The notes under the pieces: generated by a model | What the model saw: the letters and a program-made list of their open reading frames with translations, nothing else | Databases searched by the model: none | Told to the model about the DNA's origin: nothing | Program-made: the position numbers and the translations under genes | Assembly: GCA_963676795.2 (NCBI GenBank) | Contig: CAXXTB010000001.1 | Location: forward strand, 992,001 to 1,056,000 | Reading direction: 5' to 3' | Origin: Geopsychrobacteraceae bacterium | Lineage (GTDB): Bacteria; Desulfobacterota; Desulfuromonadia; Desulfuromonadales; Geopsychrobacteraceae | DNA length: 64,000 nucleotides | Shown: one piece after another, positions 60,996 through 64,000 of the stretch | How the letters are laid out: every line of letters begins with the position of its first letter | Numbering within the stretch: the first letter of the stretch is position 1

Positions 60996-61035
60996 TCTTT
61001 CTGATCGTAGCGAGCCGAACCTGTTAGGGGAGACC

Positions 61036-62427
61036 ATGTTTACGAAAATACTTTCTGAATTTATAGCAAATGCTGATTTTGATGATTTACCTGAATCTGC
61101 AATAGCAGCCGCCAGGCGCGGGGTTCTGGATTATCTCGGCGTAACTGCAGGTGGGGCAAGCGAAACCATTGCGGATATTCTCAAACAATATGCCGAAGAG
61201 ATGGGGGCAGTCAGAGACTGTACAGTTATAAACGGCGGTAAAACCAGCGTCACCATGGCTGCCTACGTCAATGGTGCACTGTCTCATGCTCTGGACTATG
61301 ACGATGTCATTCATGTCAACCCCCTCTGGATGGGGCATCCTTCTGTCGCGATCCTGCCCGCTATTTTCTCGGTCGCCGAGCGGGAAAACAGATCCGGCCA
61401 GGACCTGATTCTGGCCTACAGCGTCGGTATTGAAATCTACACTAAGGTCGGCTTGCTGTGTGGAGATACGGCCTATAAAAACGGCTGGCACAATACCTCT
61501 TATATCGGAACCATGGCAGCGGCCGGAGCGGTCGCCCGACTTCTCGGCTTGGATGCTATGGCAGTCGGGCAGGCCTTCGGTATCGCGGGATCCATGGCAA
61601 GTGGGCTGCGCCAGAACTTCGGTACCATGGTCAAGCCTCTGCATGCAGGCATTGCCGCAAGAAACGGGGTCGAGGCCGCTTATCTCGCCAGGCGGGGGAT
61701 CACGTCGGCGGCCAACATATTTGAAGCACCTCTGGGGTTCAGGAATGTCTTTTCCTGCGATCATGCTGATCTCATGCATGAAATCCCCTATGGTGAAGAG
61801 CTGATCAGTCCGGAAGAATTCTCCACAAGGCTTGGAAGACCGTGGAATATCTCTTCGCCCGGAATGTCATACAAGATCTGTCCGTCTTGCCGGGCGACGC
61901 ATTTCGGGATGGAAGCCGCCTTGCTTTACAGGGAACAGCATCCTGTTGATCTTGACAGTATCTTGGAGATCGACTGTCGCGTACCTAGTCACATGGAATC
62001 CGTGCTGTTTTATCACGATCCGGTAAAAGGGCTGGAGGGGAAGTTCAGTCTCGAATATGTCTTTGCCAGAACCTTGATTGACGGTCCGCCAAAGATCAAC
62101 GATTTTTCGGATTCCCGGGTCAACGAGGTGGATGTGAAGAGTTTGATCCGAAAGATCCGCTGGAACTCTTTCGACCCGGAGCCGGGGACATTCGGAACTC
62201 CGGAATATGTCATAAGGCACAAAGATGGAACTACTTTTGAGGCGAAGGTCGAGTACCCGCGTGGAGAACCGGAAAATTCGGTGTCAGATCAGATTCTTAT
62301 CGAAAAGTTTAAAGATTGTTCCGGAGCGATCTGGTCTCAGAAAAGGAGGGAGCAGGTTCTGGAAAGGGTTCTTGTCTTGGAGCATGTTGAAGATATTACG
62401 TTGTTAACCAGGCTTTTCGGGCAATAG
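61036..62427 (+). CDS. MmgE/PrpD family protein
   Basis: NGALSHALDYDD, GHPS, GWHNT, NFGTMVKPLHAG, KFSLEY, PRGEPEN motifs; GGGGAG RBS. Confidence 0.9.
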   Translation: MFTKILSEFIANADFDDLPESAIAAARRGVLDYLGVTAGGASETIADILKQYAEEMGAVRDCTVINGGKTSVTMAAYVNGALSHALDYDDVIHVNPLWMGHPSVAILPAIFSVAERENRSGQDLILAYSVGIEIYTKVGLLCGDTAYKNGWHNTSYIGTMAAAGAVARLLGLDAMAVGQAFGIAGSMASGLRQNFGTMVKPLHAGIAARNGVEAAYLARRGITSAANIFEAPLGFRNVFSCDHADLMHEIPYGEELISPEEFSTRLGRPWNISSPGMSYKICPSCRATHFGMEAALLYREQHPVDLDSILEIDCRVPSHMESVLFYHDPVKGLEGKFSLEYVFARTLIDGPPKINDFSDSRVNEVDVKSLIRKIRWNSFDPEPGTFGTPEYVIRHKDGTTFEAKVEYPRGEPENSVSDQILIEKFKDCSGAIWSQKRREQVLERVLVLEHVEDITLLTRLFGQ

Positions 62428-62508
62428 ATCGTCGGTTGATAGGCCGTCACTCGCTGAAAAAGTCGGTTCATTGTTGGCTCACTCTGACCAACGGAATGGA
62501 TTATCGAA

Positions 62509-64000
62509 ATGACTGCAACTATGGAATGCAAACTGAAGGAAAGATCTGAAGCGAAGGAGATTGCCAGACGGTGTCAGTCCGACATTGAGCTGCCAGAAGG
62601 AAAACTGTCTGCCAGGCAAAGAGTCGAAGTTTTGGTTGACCCTGGAACCTTTCAGGAACTTGACCTGTTCCTGACTTCGGCCGAAAGTGAGTTCAACCCG
62701 GATGTCGGTGGTAGAACGACAGACGGTGTTATCACCGGCTACGCTGAAGTCGGAGGTCGGCCGATTTTTGTCTGGTCCCAGGATGGAGAGATTCTCGGCG
62801 GCAGTGTCGGTGTCATTCATGCGAAGAAAATTACCTGGCTTTACGAAAAAGCCCTGCAGATGAGGATCCCGATTGTCGGTTTTGTCGACTCGGTCGGGGA
62901 ACGAGCCGAAGATCTGGTGGAGTATCCGCATGTCTATTCTATCGAGTCGATCTGTCAGGTTCAGGTCGATGCCTCTGGTGTGATTCCGCAGGTCGTTATG
63001 GTGATGGGGGCCTGTCTGGGCGGGATGGCCCTGGTCGCGTCAATGGCGGATGTGCTGTTCATGGTCCGTGACAATTGCTACATGCAGCTCAACGAAGGGG
63101 ATAGCGCCGAATCGGTCGGTGCTTCCAAGAATCATGCAAGGAAAACCGGTGGCTGCGAAGTCCTGGCTGATGATGATAATGATTGTATTCACAGGTGCCG
63201 CAACCTGTTGAGTTTCCTGCCTCAACACAATCAGGAGCCGCCACCGTTTGTCGATACCGGCGACGATCCCAACCGCAAAGAAGAATCACTGCTGGAGATT
63301 GTTCCGGTCGCTGAAAACCAGGGCTTTGACATGCTCAAGGTTATTGACCTGATCGTTGACAATGGTGAGTTTTTCGAAATCAAGCCTTATTGGGCCAATA
63401 ATCTCATTACCGGCCTGGCCCGTCTGGGTGGGCAGACTGTGGGCATCCTCGCCAACAATCCGAAAAATAAAGCGGGCTGTATGACGCTGGACGCGGCAGA
63501 TAAAATGACGCGTCTCGTCCGTTTCTGCGACGCCTACAGCATCCCGCTGATCTGGCTGGCCGATTGCCCCGGCTTTATGCCTTCGGTCAAGGAAGAAACC
63601 AGGGGGCTGATTCGGCATGGCTGTAAAACGATCTATGCCAATTCTCAGGCGACCGTACCTCAGATTACCGTCTCGATCCGCAAGCTCTATGGCGGCGGCG
63701 GGCTGGCCATGCCCGGAACCGGCCTCGGCGGAGATCTCTATGTGAGTTGGCCTGTTTTGGCCCGCGGGGTCATGGGGGTCGACGGCGCTGTGGCCATTCT
63801 CTACAAAGGTGAACTCTCTGCCATCAAAGATGAGGAAGAACGTGAAAAACAACGCCAGAAAAGGCGTGTTGACATAGCCGAACGGATGAAGCTGGCTGAG
63901 TTGCAACAGCCTCAGGACTTTATCGACCCTCGCGAGACAAGACCCTTTTTGATCAATGCCCTGAAGATGCTCAGAAACAAGAAACGTGAACTGCCACCGC
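62509..64000 (+). CDS. Acyl-CoA carboxylase/decarboxylase carboxyltransferase subunit (PccB-like), 3'-truncated by window edge
   Basis: Frame open to the window end (so absent from the ORF track): GKLSARQRVEVLVDPGTFQE, ASGVIPQ, DCPGF, IRKLYGG, IDPRETR; alternative start 62521. Confidence 0.85.
   Translation, partial: MTATMECKLKERSEAKEIARRCQSDIELPEGKLSARQRVEVLVDPGTFQELDLFLTSAESEFNPDVGGRTTDGVITGYAEVGGRPIFVWSQDGEILGGSVGVIHAKKITWLYEKALQMRIPIVGFVDSVGERAEDLVEYPHVYSIESICQVQVDASGVIPQVVMVMGACLGGMALVASMADVLFMVRDNCYMQLNEGDSAESVGASKNHARKTGGCEVLADDDNDCIHRCRNLLSFLPQHNQEPPPFVDTGDDPNRKEESLLEIVPVAENQGFDMLKVIDLIVDNGEFFEIKPYWANNLITGLARLGGQTVGILANNPKNKAGCMTLDAADKMTRLVRFCDAYSIPLIWLADCPGFMPSVKEETRGLIRHGCKTIYANSQATVPQITVSIRKLYGGGGLAMPGTGLGGDLYVSWPVLARGVMGVDGAVAILYKGELSAIKDEEEREKQRQKRRVDIAERMKLAELQQPQDFIDPRETRPFLINALKMLRNKKRELPP

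Noticed and set aside
60784..61035. 84-aa N-terminal extension on the MmgE/PrpD ORF in the ORF track
   Set aside because: It overlaps the lactonase C-terminal half; the RBS and family homology start at ATG 61036

Overview
Bacterial chromosomal window; gene content (AcnB, Pta, citrate lyase, intergenic inverted-repeat elements) suggests an anaerobic Desulfuromonadales-like deltaproteobacterium, which is an inference. It is almost entirely organic-acid uptake and catabolism: an enolase-superfamily/MmgE-PrpD/ALDH cluster, acnB, a porin, a tripartite tricarboxylate transporter, an Opp-type ABC system, a complete citrate lyase operon (citCD-DUF296-citEFXG), ThDP and 2-hydroxyacid enzymes, a LysR regulator, pta and a thiolase cluster. 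The main result, missed by the ORF track, is a roughly 14 kb operon (49.7 kb to beyond 64 kb) with two selenocysteine-recoded genes. They carry GD-U-GSC (52769-53305) and AA-U-GGC (58269-59990), each with a GUC-loop hairpin starting exactly 11 nt after the in-frame TGA. The two genes give split and fused versions of the same UGSC-type module, which resembles the Sec region of GrdB/PrdB. They are co-located with a TAXI-TRAP transporter, a MaoC-like hydratase, an ADP-forming acyl-CoA synthetase, a lactonase, MmgE/PrpD and an atypical carboxyltransferase. A tRNA-Sec gene lies at 41335-41430 (-). A 55-bp promoter motif is shared by this operon, the thiolase operon and the transcription unit leading to tRNA-Sec. 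A second motif occurs five times and defines a probable LysR regulon. Also present are an identical inverted duplicate of a GlcG-like gene, two MITE-like elements and a frameshifted lactonase. All family calls are by eye from motifs; no searches were run.
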